Below are positions 23,501-36,670 of a stretch of DNA of 64,000 bases, piece after piece. Source of the stretch: Paraspadella gotoi (taxonomy: Eukaryota > Animalia > Chaetognatha); NCBI GenBank assembly GCA_051294375.1, contig CM119270.1, positions 10,560,766 to 10,624,765 of the forward strand, in the 5' to 3' direction. Both the position numbers and the translations under genes were made by a program. The notes below the pieces were generated by a model that saw only the letters and a program-made list of their open reading frames with translations, was not told the DNA's origin and did no database searches. Position 1 is the stretch's first letter. Every line of letters starts with the position of its first letter.

Positions 23501-25495
23501 GAAGAAGGTTGGAGAGAGGGAGAGAAGGAGAGAGGGAGGAATAGGGGACAATGTGGGGGAGAAGAGGAAGAAGGATGGAGAGAGGGAGAGGAGAAGAGGG
23601 AGGAATAGGGGAAAATGTGGGGAGAAGGGGGAGAAGGATGGAGAGAGGAGAGAGAAGGAGAGAGGGAGGAATAGGGGAAAATGTGGGGGAAAAGGGGGAG
23701 AAGGATGGAGAAAGGGACAGAGGGAGGAAGAGATGATGCGAGCGAGGGAAAGGAGTATAACGTTGAGAAAAGCGAGAGAAGAGTTTCAGAAAGAAAATGA
23801 AAGAAGGGAGGAGTGAAAAGGGGGACAGAGGGATAAAAGATAGAGAGAGAAAGAAAGACAGAAAATGGGAGCGACGGGGTAAGGGACGGAGACCAGAGGG
23901 TAAGTCTATGCGGAGGCGTTGAAAAAAAGAAAAAAAAGATGATTACCACATTTTCGCAGTTTATGTACAATCGCGTGAAAGGCTTAATGGTCGACGATGG
24001 AGGAAAGAAACTTGGGTTCAAATAATAATTGGGCAAAAGAGATTCATAATTCATTTGCCACAAACGACGACGACTACGACGACGACGACGACGACGACGA
24101 CCAAGACGCCGGAGGCCATCCATGGAATGAATGGCGGTTTTCTTTTTTTCAATATTTTTGAAAGAATTTTTCCCAGTAAATGTTGCAGAGGACGAATTTA
24201 GCTTTTGCCTAAATTACAGAAAAAGCAAGTTTGAGCGAACAATATCGTATCTGCCCACGATCATTAGCGGCTTTTAATTAAATAATTAATTAATTCAAGT
24301 TAATTGATTAATTAGGCAATTAAATAATTAATTAATTTGATCCGATATGTTTGTTTTTAGGTCTTTTCGTCACTGACCACGACGATGTTGGCGACGACGA
24401 CACTAATGCCGATAACGATTGACTTAATTGATTGATTGATTGATTGAATGAATAATTAATTAATTGATAGATAAATTGATTGATTGAAAAATTAATTAAT
24501 AGTTAAACAAATTGATTGATTGAATAATTAATTGACTAATTATTGACTTATTAATTAATTATTAATTAATTTTATTAATTATTAATTAATAATATTAATT
24601 AATTAATTAATAATATTAATTAATTAATTAACTAATTGATTAACTGATTAATTACCTGATTAATTAATAAATCTTGCATTTACATTTAATAAAAAAAGAA
24701 AAAGAATCTTAATCAATCGCCCCATCCACTCATGAGTAATTGGTGTTCAAATAGTGAAATTTATTTTTTGTTTTTTCCATTTAAACTCATTTTCACTCGG
24801 ACGATTCCATCGAAAGTTCATATACAGCTCAATCACACACTTCCCTACCCACATACACACACACACGGACAGACAAACGGACGGACGGATGGACGCATGA
24901 CGGACGGACGGACGGACGGACATACAGACAGACAGACGGACGGACATAGTTTTTTTTTTTTTTTGCATAATTTATCATAATTCGAGGTTCTGACATGATA
25001 TAAGTGAGTTCCCGACAATATTGAGTTGGCGGACCGACGGACCGACAAAGTGAATTATAGAGTCGGGTTCTGCTAAAAATAAAACTAAAAAATGAAAAAA
25101 GATTTTATTAAAGAGAAAATTGTTTGTTCTAAAAAATATCTTACTAGTATTTTTCTAAAAAGTATTAACATACTTGAAAGTATATATGTTTCTCGAGATT
25201 TTCTTTGTTTTCAATGTTTATATCCTTTATCATGCTTTCGATTCGCCCAACCAACCCCAACCCATGTTTAAAACCCGTGTTGCCTCTTCGATTTTCCCCA
25301 TAAGCTCAACGTCCACCCACCCACCTCGCCTTCCCACACTCGACCCTCTCCTCCCCCATCTTAAACTCCCTCTCCATTTTCTCTCCGTTTGTCGACAAAA
25401 AAATTTAAACAAATTCAGGATTTTCGTCATAAACTTGTTTTCGCCGAATCAGAAATTCGTCGCCGACGAGAAAGAGACGCGAAAGAGAAGAAAAA

Positions 25496-25533
<38 letters not shown>

Positions 25534-25918
25534 CAAAAATGTTACAAAGATGATGCTAATCATTGTCGCTCGATTTTGCCACGGTTTCAGAGATTTCAAA
25601 TGAATAAGATTTTAAAAAAAATATAAGAATAAGAATAAATCATGATTATTGATTAATGATATGACAATGACTACTTCGACGACGATTACGATGATAATTC
25701 ATGATATTGTTGATAATAACGATTACGATGAAGATTATAAGGACGACGGCGTCAGTGACAGTGTTGAAGAAGTTTTTTTTCTTTCGTCACGCGAAAAAAA
25801 AAGCAAAAAAACTTGAAAGACGAAAAAAGAAAAAAAGAGAGGACAAAAAAAAAAGAAAAGGAAAGAGGTTTTTTAACTGCCGCGTTAATTACCAAACCGA
25901 CGAACCGCTTCGTTTAGA

Positions 25919-25976
<58 letters not shown>

Positions 25977-26899
25977 TGTTTCGTTGGAATCGTAATGTTT
26001 TCTCCTCTCTACAAATTTGTAAAACACAGCGAGAAGAGACCATCGCGACTCGCGGACGGAACAATTCTTTTTTAACGACGCAATTACCGGCGGCGTCGGT
26101 TTTTGCGTCTTGACGCTTATTTTGTCGTCGCCATGACGACGATTGGGTATCGAAGAAGAAGACAAAAGGGGGAGTGAGTGGAGATGTTGCGGTGTAGTTA
26201 CGGTTGCGGAGGTTTGGAAAGAATTATCCGTATTTAATCATACCATAATTTGTAAACTTTTTATAATAGTGATATTGATCTCTATATATTGTTTTTAGCT
26301 GAAATATTGATTTTTGAATTGTCTTCGGAATAGTCACCCGATGATAAGGGTGATGCAATGTGGACAAGGGGGACAAAGAGAAGTAACACATTTTAGTTCA
26401 TTGTTTTTTTTAGCGACTTTGTAATTGTTGTTGTTTTAAGAATCAATGTCGGAGCTGCCTACGATTATTAAGCGGTAATAAGTTAATCCGATGATAAATC
26501 ACGGTAATATTTTCTGACTTTCAATTTGTGATCTTAACCGATCATAACAAGTCGTAACATAACAAATCATAACAGACTTCTTAAAAAAAAAATGACAAAA
26601 TCTACAAATCAATTGATCTATCAATCATTACCAGTAGCGGCGCCAATACCATCTTGTATAATTTAGTCAACTTGCATAATTTGGTCAACTGGCATTATTT
26701 TCTCAACTGGCATAATTTACTCAACTGGCATAATTTTCTCAATTGGCATAATTTTCTAAACCGGCATAATTTGGTCAACTGGCATAATTTGGTCAACTGG
26801 CATAATTTTATCAACGGGCATGATTTGAACAACTTGCAAAATTTGGTCAACTTGCAGAATTAGGTCACTTGAATAATTTGATCAATTGGCATAATTTGG

Positions 26900-26944
<45 letters not shown>

Positions 26945-27293
26945 GTTCTGACATGATTTGAGTAAGTGCCCGACAAGATTTAGGGGGGGGACCGACCGAC
27001 CGACAAAGTGGATTATAGAGTCGAAATCTGCTGATAAGCAGATCAGACTAAAAGTTTAAAGAAGAGCAGAAATAAAAGTCAAAAGACAATCATGCGTAAT
27101 TCATTTTGAAAATTCGGTTGGAGACAAACGTTCAACTTGAATTTTACGACATTTTGGTATGAAGTTTTGCCGAATTCATATTCAAATTTAAATTCCTTTT
27201 CTTTAAGATGAGAAACGATGCAACGACGCTCATTTCTCTCTCTTCATCTCACTCACTCTCTCTCTCTCAACTCTCTCTCTCTCTCCTCTCTCT

Positions 27294-27353
<60 letters not shown>

Positions 27354-27434
27354 CATTCATTATTCATCCAAAAGTGATTAATGTATTTACTCCTGTTTTG
27401 CCTATAATTAAATAGAAATGAAGCCTCAGAAAAA

Positions 27435-27510
<76 letters not shown>

Positions 27511-28562
27511 GGGCCCCCCGAAAACGGAGTCGCCCAAAAAGAGTTTTTTTGCCGAAGCAAAGAATCATTTAGTAAAAATTCTTTTGATGGGGAATGACTT
27601 TTCAACTTTAATGATGCTTTGGTGGTGAATGGGAAATCTCGAAGCCTGCCGGTGCGGGAGGCATTGTGCTTTTGTCGGCGGGCGAGGTTGCCGCCGCCGC
27701 CGCCGCCGCCCCCGCCGACGCCGCTGACGCCGACGCCGCCGCCGACACCGAAAAAAATGAAAGCCGGTTGTCGAAAAAAACGCCGGCGGTATTCCTTTTC
27801 CTTAATTCCGAAATTCGCTATACTGTGTAATGGAATATGCTAATAAGTTTTTAATAATTTATTCTGAGCGGTTCTACGGCCGTAAACGATTCGAATTTCT
27901 TTTACCCGGTGTTCTTGGATATGTTTCACGATTTCCAAAGAGACTAAAGAATAAAGATGTAATAATAAGTAAGAAACTTGGATGAATTGGACAACGGCGG
28001 CGACAACTACGTCGCCGTGAACATTGAACAATCCTTTCTTTAGTTTTACTATTAATTTTAACCTCAACTCTCTCACATAGCGACTCAAAAAAAAGATAAA
28101 CAAAATTCAGTGATAGTCACAATTGACAAGATCCAATCGAATGTGAAATAGAATCGAAACGAGGAATGAATTCACTACAACTGACGAAGAGAAATAAAAA
28201 AAAAAAAAAAAACCAACGCCATTCCTAAGCAGCGTCACTTTTTCCGCCGCCACTTACTTCCGGACGCCATTTTGAGACGCGTCCCGCGACCACTAGCGGC
28301 AACTTAAATATAATTTACAACAAAAAAACATTAACGGATGTAAATTGAGAGACGCGTGTGTGGAGATGTGAGTAAGTAGAGAGAGAAAAAGAGAAGAGAG
28401 AGAGAGAAGGAGAGAGAGAGAGAGAGAGAGAGAGAGACGAGAGAGAGAGAGAGAGAGAGAAGAGAGTCTTTTGTGAGAGCGAGCACTGCCGAAATCATCA
28501 TCTTTTAACGAAGTTTCTCAAATCTTCCTGAGAGAGAGAGAGAGAGAGAGAAGAGAGAGAGA

Positions 28563-28614
<52 letters not shown>

Positions 28615-29285
28615 GGCGTGAGGGGAGGGAATAGCGGTGTGTGTCTTTCTCAGCGGTTGGGCGATTATGATGTTTGACAAAAAACTTCTGGAGAACAAAG
28701 ACTTTTCTTTCTCGTTGAATCTAGAATTTTAAACTGAGAATCAAATCTCATGAGGGTGAACTTAAAACGGAAAGATTTTTTTAATGTTTACAAGCAACGA
28801 TTTTATTTTTAAGAAGAGGACATGTTTCGCTTTGACACAAGCCTTTTTCAGCGCAAAACGAAACTCAAACGCAACGAAATGAAACAAAAAACACAAGTTT
28901 AGCCAATAGCCATAGCCGATGAATTTTAAATGCTAATGTATACAGAGTTAAAATAATCTATCATTGGGCATTATAGTATTAAAATATTTTTTGTCAAAAA
29001 TGCTTTCTTCTGAGGGTACTAGCCTAGTTAAAATATATGTCGCAATAGTAATTAGTTTCAAAACTATTCTAAAACATTATTTCAAAAAATAAGAAAAACA
29101 GAAAGAACGTGACAGGATTGACATGTATGGCCGTTACTCCTCAAAAAAATTGTTTAAAATACAGTACTAGTTTATAGATAAATATATATTATATTGTTTG
29201 TATTTGACTACGGAAATAGTTTATTATGCTATATATTTTTCTGTTAAAATTGCAACATTCACACACACACTCTCTCTCTCTCTCT

Positions 29286-29326
<41 letters not shown>

Positions 29327-30113
29327 TCTCTCTCTCTTTCTCTCTCTTGCCTAATGGTTGTGTAATGTTTTCTTCTTGTTTTGCTCTTCTCAATTTGAAG
29401 CTGATCTCAGATTCAGAGCTTATGCTCTTCCCACAAATTCGACGCTTCCTCATTTTTTATCTCTCTCCCATTTCGGCGGCACCGGAGGCGGCGGAGGCGG
29501 CGGAAGCGGCGGAGGCAGCGGAAGCGGCGGAGGCAGCGGAAGCGGCGGAGGCGGCGGAAGCGGAGGAGGCGGCGTAGGCAGCGGAAGCGGAGGAGGCGGC
29601 GTAGGCAGCGGAAGCGGCGGAGGCAGCGGAAGCGGCGGAGGTAGCGGAAGCGGCGGAGGCGGCGGAGGCGGCGGAAGCGGAGGAGGCGGAGGAGGTAAGG
29701 ACTGGGACGCAGGTGGTTTTCATCGGTGATCGTCCCCAGTGGAAGCTGTGAACTTAGTCGCAACATTTTCAGTCGTTTCTGGATAATTTGGCTTGGATTC
29801 TCGGTTTCACGAAAAGAAAGAGTATCTAATTTGAAAAGATCATGAAAAATACGTAAATGTGAGAAAGGAACTTAAGATTTAATTTGCAGATAATAGAGAT
29901 TTTATGAGCAGAGAATGTAATTTCCTTTGAAATAAAAAGATTGATTTATTACCCGAGCAGATGGTTGCGTTGGAAGATTGGTGCCAATTTCACAAGATCA
30001 ACATCATTGGAAATGAGGTGTAATTCAACAATATCTTATACTCTAGTTTATATAATTTGATATATTGCATCGAAGTATGCCTTTGAATTTTGTGTAAGTG
30101 ACATATTCTTATT

Positions 30114-30207
<94 letters not shown>

Positions 30208-32954
30208 GCTCCCCTCTTGCTCTCCCTCCCTCTTTTCTTTTATGATTCTGCGCCTCTTTTTTTTTCGTTATCGGTAAACACAGATTTCTAATGATGTTCC
30301 CGCGGATTCGATGTCGTCGTTGTTGTCATCGTCGTTGTCGTCGTCGTCGTCGTCGAGAGGGGATGCCGTTGAGATTTCCTCGTCCGGGTTGGGTGAGGAA
30401 GAGAGTTGGGTGAGAATGATGAGGGAGGTGAGATATCAAGAGTGACGAGGGAACATTTACGAAAAAAAAGTTAAAGAATAAAAAATTATTAAAATATAAG
30501 AACACAAAAACATTAAAATTAGGCATTAGAATCTATACTTGGAGAAAAATCTCTTTCTCGTTCCCCCCGTCACTCCCCAAAACCATTGTGGGTCCCACGG
30601 TGTGGCCCACAGTGTCATTTTCATTTTCTTCGTCCCGTGAGTCGTCACGCTACATTAGTTTGGAGACACGCCCGCCGTCGCCCGCGGCATAACTCGTTCA
30701 CGCATTCGCGCTGCATCTCCGGTGAAAGGAGCTTCATTTCACAAACATAAAACACCAAAATGCGCCTGACGAGAAAATTACAAATCAAACCCAGTTAGAT
30801 ATCGAAACGACGTTAAAAATACCAACAACAACGACAACAATGAAGGATTCGAGGAAAAAGGAAATTCCAGAATCTTTGAAATGCGTGTTTTGGAATTGTC
30901 ATTCAGACGAGTCGTCGAAGAAAAAACGAAGGAGCGCCGGTTTATAAAAAAAGCGCCGCGATTTTAAATCCGGCAGAAATCTACAATGAACATTTTCAAA
31001 ATAGTGTACGACAAAATAATTACAATTCCAAGCCTATTTTTATTACATTGGGTAAAATGTACTTCAAGTTGCCTAATCAAACTAAAATAAACTAATAAGC
31101 ACTTTATTAGCAAGCAGAAATTTACTGATATATATTTATATATATATATATTTACTGAAATCCACAAACGGCACCAAAATCCAAAAACCACTCCGCCAAT
31201 CCAAAACGGGCGCTTAAATCCTATCCCGTCTCCCAAATCCCAAACTGGCGCTCATCCTTTCAACCGGATTCAATTTCAAATTCTCTTCCCCCCCCCCCAC
31301 CGCTTTTCTCAGGCGGTGGGGCCGGCGACGGGTGCGGCTCCGCATCGGCGGCGCCGGCGGCGGTGCCAGCCTCTAATGGGGCGGCGGTGAATTGACCCAT
31401 GCATTTTCCCATTTCCCGCGTTTTTCACAGACGACGCGAAATTTTATTATCATTTTTCTTTTTTCTTTTTTTTTTCTTTTTTTCTCTTTTTTATTTTTAT
31501 TTTCGCTGAGGTTGCAGCGTCTGAGGCGTTTGGTTCCTTGGATGGTTTTTTGGGAGGAAAGAAGAGACGGCGACGAGGAAGTCCATTCAGTTGGACGACA
31601 AGTTTGTTTTTTGTGTGTGCACCTTGTTTGGGTGTGATCACGTCACATCAGTGAATCGTTTTCTTTTTCAGGTTTGCACGATTTATGAATACAAATTGTA
31701 TTTATGTATTTTTAATAAATTAGCAGACTACGAGCTAAAGACGGTTTTCTACGTATTGGATCGCCAATACCATATAAACAATTATGTTCAATCGGCTTAA
31801 AATGAGGTTTGAATTTTTTGATTCTCCTCTTACTTACAATTTAGGTTAAGGGTTTCCAACATCGGATGATTGAGGCCTTCAGTTGTCTCGATGCGATTGT
31901 TTGCAAAATTGGCTTCCTAAAATATATACATATATGTATTTATAAAAAAAATGTACGCATTTCATAACAATACTCTTTTTAGTGATATCTTATTTCCTTT
32001 GTCAATGACACATTCCTTTTTTCTCTCGCCCACCTGCAAGTAGGGCCTCTCCGTGAGAGCGGCGCTTTTTAACTTGTTGTACTCGCACTTCACTGAGAGA
32101 AGATGATCCAAAGCGTTGAGAGAATCCAGGGATCTCAGGTTGTTCTTTGACAACTCCAAATATCTCAAGTGTTTGTACTGTTGCAGGACGGAAATGTCCG
32201 TAATGTCCCTTGGGAAAAGTTAAATATGAATGTATTGCAAATTCCCCCAAAATAGTATGGTGTAAAATTTAGGTACATGTCTGTCTTATAACTATTTATA
32301 AAAAGTTATTTTAAACTAACTTCGTTGATTTTGACAAATATGTCCCTCACTTCAAATATTGAAGAATATTGAGAAACATTCTAAATACAATGTACCAATC
32401 GGCCTTCTATGTATTAGCTCACCTTTCAGAAATGTCCAGTCTGACGTAGGCGTGGCTCAAACCTTCTCCAGTCTTGCAAAGAAGAGAGAGACACTCGACC
32501 ATGTGATCCATCGACAACGAGACGTTCTCTTCTTCGTCGTCCTCTTCGTCGTCCTCATCGTCGTCGTAGGCGTCGTCGTCGTCTTCACGAAGTTAAATGA
32601 ATAAGAAACGATTGAATCACTGGCAAGAAAATCTGATTGTGACAGATTTCAAAAGGAGCTGCTAATTTTTTTTTAAATATGTCGATTTTCAATTATTTTA
32701 ATCAACATGAATAATAAAATAATTAAAAATAATTCTTAACGAACGCCTTTTTGTTAAAAATTGTCATTAGTTTTTTTTTTTTTTAATTAAGGCAAGCAAA
32801 CCAGAAATTGAATCAAGCAGTAGGTTGTAAAAAGAAAATGGACGTCTTTAAAAAGCTTACCCTTTTCATCGGATGCGTGGCTTCTTTCCATTTCGTCGTC
32901 GTCGTCCACTTCGACTTTGTTATCGTTTTCGTCAACATTCGTCCAGGTTTTCAT
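17584..32954 (-). CDS. LRRC23: Leucine-rich repeat-containing protein 23 (motile cilia radial spoke associated), 8 exons, 352 aa
   Basis: Exons 32954-32861, 32582-32423, 32208-32034, 31916-31838, 19304-19117, 18504-18387, 18201-18160 and 17786-17584. All GT-AG with matching phases, 1059 nt in total. Acidic N-terminus, LSLLCKTGEGLSHAYVRLD, LHTLELRGNKL, LHLRENN and NPVSEMEEYRMEVLVSLRNLERLDKDEF match LRRC23 as I recall it. The last exon could instead splice at ~17629. Confidence 0.93.
18662..19020 (+). mobile_element. DINE-1/HINE-like (Helentron-associated) non-autonomous element
   Basis: Head aacaagtttgagcaaacaatgccggatctgcccacgatcattagcgg, (GACG/GACA)n core, tail ttatagagccgggttctg. The same modules recur elsewhere in the window. 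Confidence 0.65.
21951..22243. mobile_element. 293-bp TIR element with TGT...ACA ends (Ginger-like MITE) inserted in the Tc1 transposase
   Basis: ~21-bp TIR tgtagcagctcaagtgacga / tcgtcacttgagtcaactaca. GCAG is duplicated. The empty site acaattgcagctttctt is present in the sister Tc1 copy at ~54200 (reverse complement). Confidence 0.8.
22321..22558 (-). mobile_element. Family B mini-element (solo-LTR-like): tRNA-like Pol III head plus P5 twister ribozyme
   Basis: Minus-strand ends TGTAGT...TCCACA. AGAT duplicated at 22317-22320 and 22559-22562. Absent from the sister Tc1 copy. A box TGGCGCCGGAGG and B box GGTTCGCGCCC lie inside the stem gaatcagcag/ctgctgattc. Confidence 0.88.
22361..22441 (-). 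ncRNA. Twister ribozyme, type P5 permutation
   Basis: P5 acacaag; P2b gcgg; GACGG; P1 ggcgtc; TAA (predicted cleavage 22414/22413); P2a ccc; AC; P3 ctgtagt/actacag; P4 cccga/tcggg around L4 TCCGAAGT; P5 cttgtgt. Pseudoknots CCG:CGG and AC:GT both pair. Confidence 0.9.
23140..23712. repeat. Purine-rich ~60-bp minisatellite
   Basis: Tandem gggaggaataggggaaaatgtgggggagaagggggagaaggatggagaga... units. Confidence 0.9.
24225..25075 (+). mobile_element. DINE-1/HINE-like element
   Basis: Same head (caagtttgagcgaacaatatcgtatctgcccacgatcattagcgg), (ATTA/ATTG)n and (GACG)n arrays, tail gaattatagagtcgggttctgct. Confidence 0.65.
26442..27053 (+). mobile_element. DINE-1/HINE-like element containing an 18-bp tandem array
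   Basis: Head caatgtcggagctgcctacgattattaagcgg. Array aactggcataatttggtc at ~26655-26900. 3' hairpin atctgctgataagcagat followed by an A-run. Confidence 0.65.
28816..28854 (-). ncRNA. Degenerate minimal hammerhead
   Basis: gcg-CTGAAAA-ag-gctt(gtgtca)aagc-GAAA-cat-GTC. Core G8 is lost. The flank resembles those at 5570-5610 and 8420-8455. Confidence 0.5.
29483..29697. repeat. GC-rich 9-bp tandem repeat (gcggaggca/gcggaagcg)
   Basis: Directly visible; intronic. Confidence 0.9.
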
Positions 32955-33131
32955 GTTCAAATTTTTATTTTCAAAAAAAAAAGAAAGAAAGGGGAAAAAA
33001 GAAAAAAGAAAAAAAGAATAAAGATTGAAAAAGAAGAAAAGAAAACCGCGAGAGGTTTTTTGTCGCCTCTCGAGATTTTTCTTTTATTTTGTTTTCGACT
33101 CTCGTGCCAGAAAATCCACTGGTTGTACCTG

Positions 33132-33145
33132 ATTTCCATGACAAC
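33132..33145 (-). promoter_or_regulatory. Candidate RFX X-box upstream of LRRC23
   Basis: GTTGTCATGGAAAT on the minus strand, ~180 bp upstream of the ATG. Close to the GTTNCCATGGNAAC consensus typical of ciliary gene promoters. Confidence 0.45.
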
Positions 33146-36125
33146 GAGAGTGTTTTTTTTTTTCGAGTTCTGGTCAGGAGAACAGCGTAAATCTTAAAGG
33201 CCACGAATCGGATGAAGCGAATGCTTGATCCGGTCCTTGTCCGATGTTCTGACCCGCCGGGGTCCGGAAACTTCGATTTCGAAAGGTTCGTCATTCGCTT
33301 TAATAGATTTGGGTAATTTAAATCTTCGTGACAAGCCGAGTGAATATAGTTTTTAAAAACAGGTATTCGTGTTAAAATAGGAGTTAGTGAAAAAGAAGAT
33401 TTACTGAATGAAGGAAAAGTAAGATAAAGTTAAGATAATCAAGAAAAATTTTTCGAAAAAATAGTATATGATTATATTAATATATTAAAATAATATTATT
33501 TTAATGATCGAGGATACTAATTATTAATCATCAGTTTTGCATTGCCCGGGAAAAAGTGAAGAGGAACTGAGAGAAATCTGAAATGAAATATTTGTGAGGG
33601 GCGGATTCCTTGTCAAAGTTGAGGCCAATCCCTCGGAAATGGGCTGGTCACAGATGCAGATGGACACCTGGTCTCTTTGCTCAAAACGATCCTAAAAAAC
33701 AAACAAACAATAAAAACATTAATTTCTTGTCGTCAACAATTATTATACAATTATTCATATATACAATACAAAATATAACAGTTCGTTCATGAATTCTTTC
33801 ACTCGTAGTTCGAGTCGGTGAAATTGCTCCTGGAGGAAGATGAAGAGGAGGAAGACGAAGAGGAGGAAGACGACGAGGAGGAAGACGAAGAGGAGGAAGA
33901 CGAAGAGAAGTATCGAGATGAGGAGCTGGAGATAAAGAAGAAGAGAAACCAACGTTTTTTGAGGCTAAAGTGCATAAAGAGTTAGAAAGAAAATGAGAGA
34001 TGTTCAGAAAATAAATGAGAGAGAGAGAGGAAGGAGAGAGAGAGAGAGGAGAGAGAGAGAAGAGAGAGAGAGGAGGAGAGAGAGAGAGAGAGAGAGGAGA
34101 GTGGAGAAAGAAGAGAGAGAGAGAGAGAGTTTATATTTTTTTGTTTCCCCCTTATTTTTGTTTTGTTTAAAAATCATAAAATAATGCTTATTCCTTTTTA
34201 CATTTTCGCTTTTGTTTGTTTTTTTTTTCTCCTTCTCTTCCTCCTATCAATTTTCTTCTCCTTCTCCTCTCCTCATATCCTCGCTCCTCGGATGTCCATC
34301 CCATCCTCCGTCTTACTCAGATTGCTTACGCAGATTCCTCTTCAAATCGCGGCCAGAAAATCGCAATCCTGGGATTTTCCTCTTTTTCCGCAAAAAACCG
34401 ACGACGACGATGGCGACGACGACATTGCGCCCCGTCCCATTGCCGACTCTGTTTCACTGTCACTCTATGTCTCGTTCTTTCTCTCTTTTTTTTCGCGCTT
34501 CGTTTTAAATCTCTTTCTATCTTTCTCTCGCTCGCTCTCTGACGCATCGTTAAAAACGTTTTATCTTCGTTTTAAACTTCATAAATCCCGTTTACGTTGA
34601 TTTTTACGTCTCTCGATTCTTACCAATTTTTTCCGCGGAAAAAACTTTTAACTTCTCCCGAATGCGTCGAAGCGTCTGTGTAAAAAATACTTGTTGGTAG
34701 GTTTTTTCAATAACTATAGTTAAGTTAAAGATATAACACTTTAAGCAATGGTAAAACAATTTACGAATGTATTTAACATAATCCGTACGAAACAATCATA
34801 ATAAATCTGGGAAATATCATAGGCTCCCTTTGAATAATATTTTTTTGTCATAAGTGATTAAATTAATTAAATAATTAATTAAATAATCCAGAGATAAATT
34901 ATCCCAGTAAATTTTAACCTAGAAGATGTTTGTTAATTTGACCGACATGATCCGTCAATGTTAAAACTAAGTAAATCTGTGCTTTGTTGTTTTTTTTTAA
35001 ATTTTTTGGAAAATTTGTTTAATCTTTATTAAAATGGTTGTTTGTTTGTTACTTTATTAGCGTTAACGTGACTTCCACCTTACTATATTCTGCGCTGCGA
35101 TCTTTCTCACTCTTTTCGGGAATATTGAATAATGCTACTTTTTGCCGGAAAGCGAAAAATATCTTACTAGGTATTCTTTACCAAATAAAAAAGTCTGTAC
35201 TTCTATTTTTGACCTTTAACTCATCTATTAAAACATGAAAAACCAGAAACACAGATATTAAAAAAGCCGAATTAATCATGTATATTTTTGAGACTTTACG
35301 ACAAAAAATCGATTGAAAACGAGTTTTAGGAACCGTAAAAATTTTATTTTATGACCTTTATATTTCTTGGTTTTCTCCTGAACTGGATTCGTGAATTTGA
35401 TTTTATTTCAAAAGTTTCAGACGGGCCGACAGTTCAGTCCTTTCTACCCAAAGAGTCACGAAATTGGCACTTTTTCCCGTCCTACGATTGAAGTGGTCAT
35501 TATTAGGTTTTAAAAGCCAAAATGAGGAGAAAATCCATTTTTTTTATTTTTCAGTTTTAATATTTACTATGGTTTGTCATGCGAGGTGGCTATCAAATGA
35601 AAAGAAAAAGGGAGAAAAAAATATCTTTTTCCCGATAAAATCACCTGTGTAACACCGTCTGGAAAAAAGCGTAATAAAAAAAAGGAAAATTCCCGAACCA
35701 AATTAGTTTTGAGCACAAAATCCAGTAATTCTTTTTCCCGCCGTAAGTCGTAATTATTTGACGACACGAATGAGCGAAAGGTTTCGGTCTCTTTTACGAT
35801 GGTTCGGATATTTAGAACCATCTTTCTTTTATTAACAGTAGAAAAGAAAACCACACACCTCGATATTATATAATTAATATCGATTGTTACTAACAACAAA
35901 TATGTTTGCAGCTGCCGGTTAGTGCACCAAGATTGCTGAATAGCTTTCTTGAGGCTAGATATTAAATGTAAAAATTGGTTAAAATGGAAGCAATTGAACT
36001 TCATTAGAAACAGATCTTAATATTTATTGGAACATTTAAAAAAACCCAAAGTATGATTGAAAAATAAATGGGTACAGAGTTTCAAATATTTGAGAATACC
36101 AAATATATATGTATCTGTGAAAAAA

Positions 36126-36243
<118 letters not shown>

Positions 36244-36506
36244 TTATTTTCCGCATATTTTTCGCATCTTCTTAAAGTCTTAAGGGAATTTTTCTCTGAC
36301 TTTTTCCCTCAAATTGTTTTTCTTCGTTATTTTTGTTTCAATTAATTGTTTTTTCTCAAGATGCGGCCAAATATTACTTCAAAGTTTATTTTGGAGAAAA
36401 TTATCTCCACAATTTTAAAAACGTTTAAATTATTTTGGACGAACCAGAACAAAAGTTTTTACTTTTTCTTCTTTCATTTTTGATTTTATATTTTCTTTAT
36501 TTTTTT

Positions 36507-36670
<164 letters not shown>

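Noticed and set aside
23065-24123. 352-aa Pro/Ser/Phe-rich ORF
   Set aside because: It is a translation of a stop-poor purine minisatellite inside the LRRC23 intron.
26654-26900. Pentapeptide-like repeat protein (NWHNLV)n
   Set aside because: It is an 18-bp tandem array inside a HINE-like element, terminated by stops, with no exon signals.
29347-29766. Gly/Ser-rich or Ala-rich (antifreeze-like) ORFs
   Set aside because: A 9-bp repeat open in several frames, with in-array stops in one. A gtaagg donor follows at ~29695, but no linked exon was found.
30584-30614. 11-bp hairpin considered as a miRNA or ribozyme
   Set aside because: The stem is too short for a pre-miRNA and no ribozyme core motifs are nearby.
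33550-33692. Exon-like stretch after a tttttag acceptor on the minus strand
   Set aside because: It could not be joined in phase to any neighbouring exon and has no recognisable motif.
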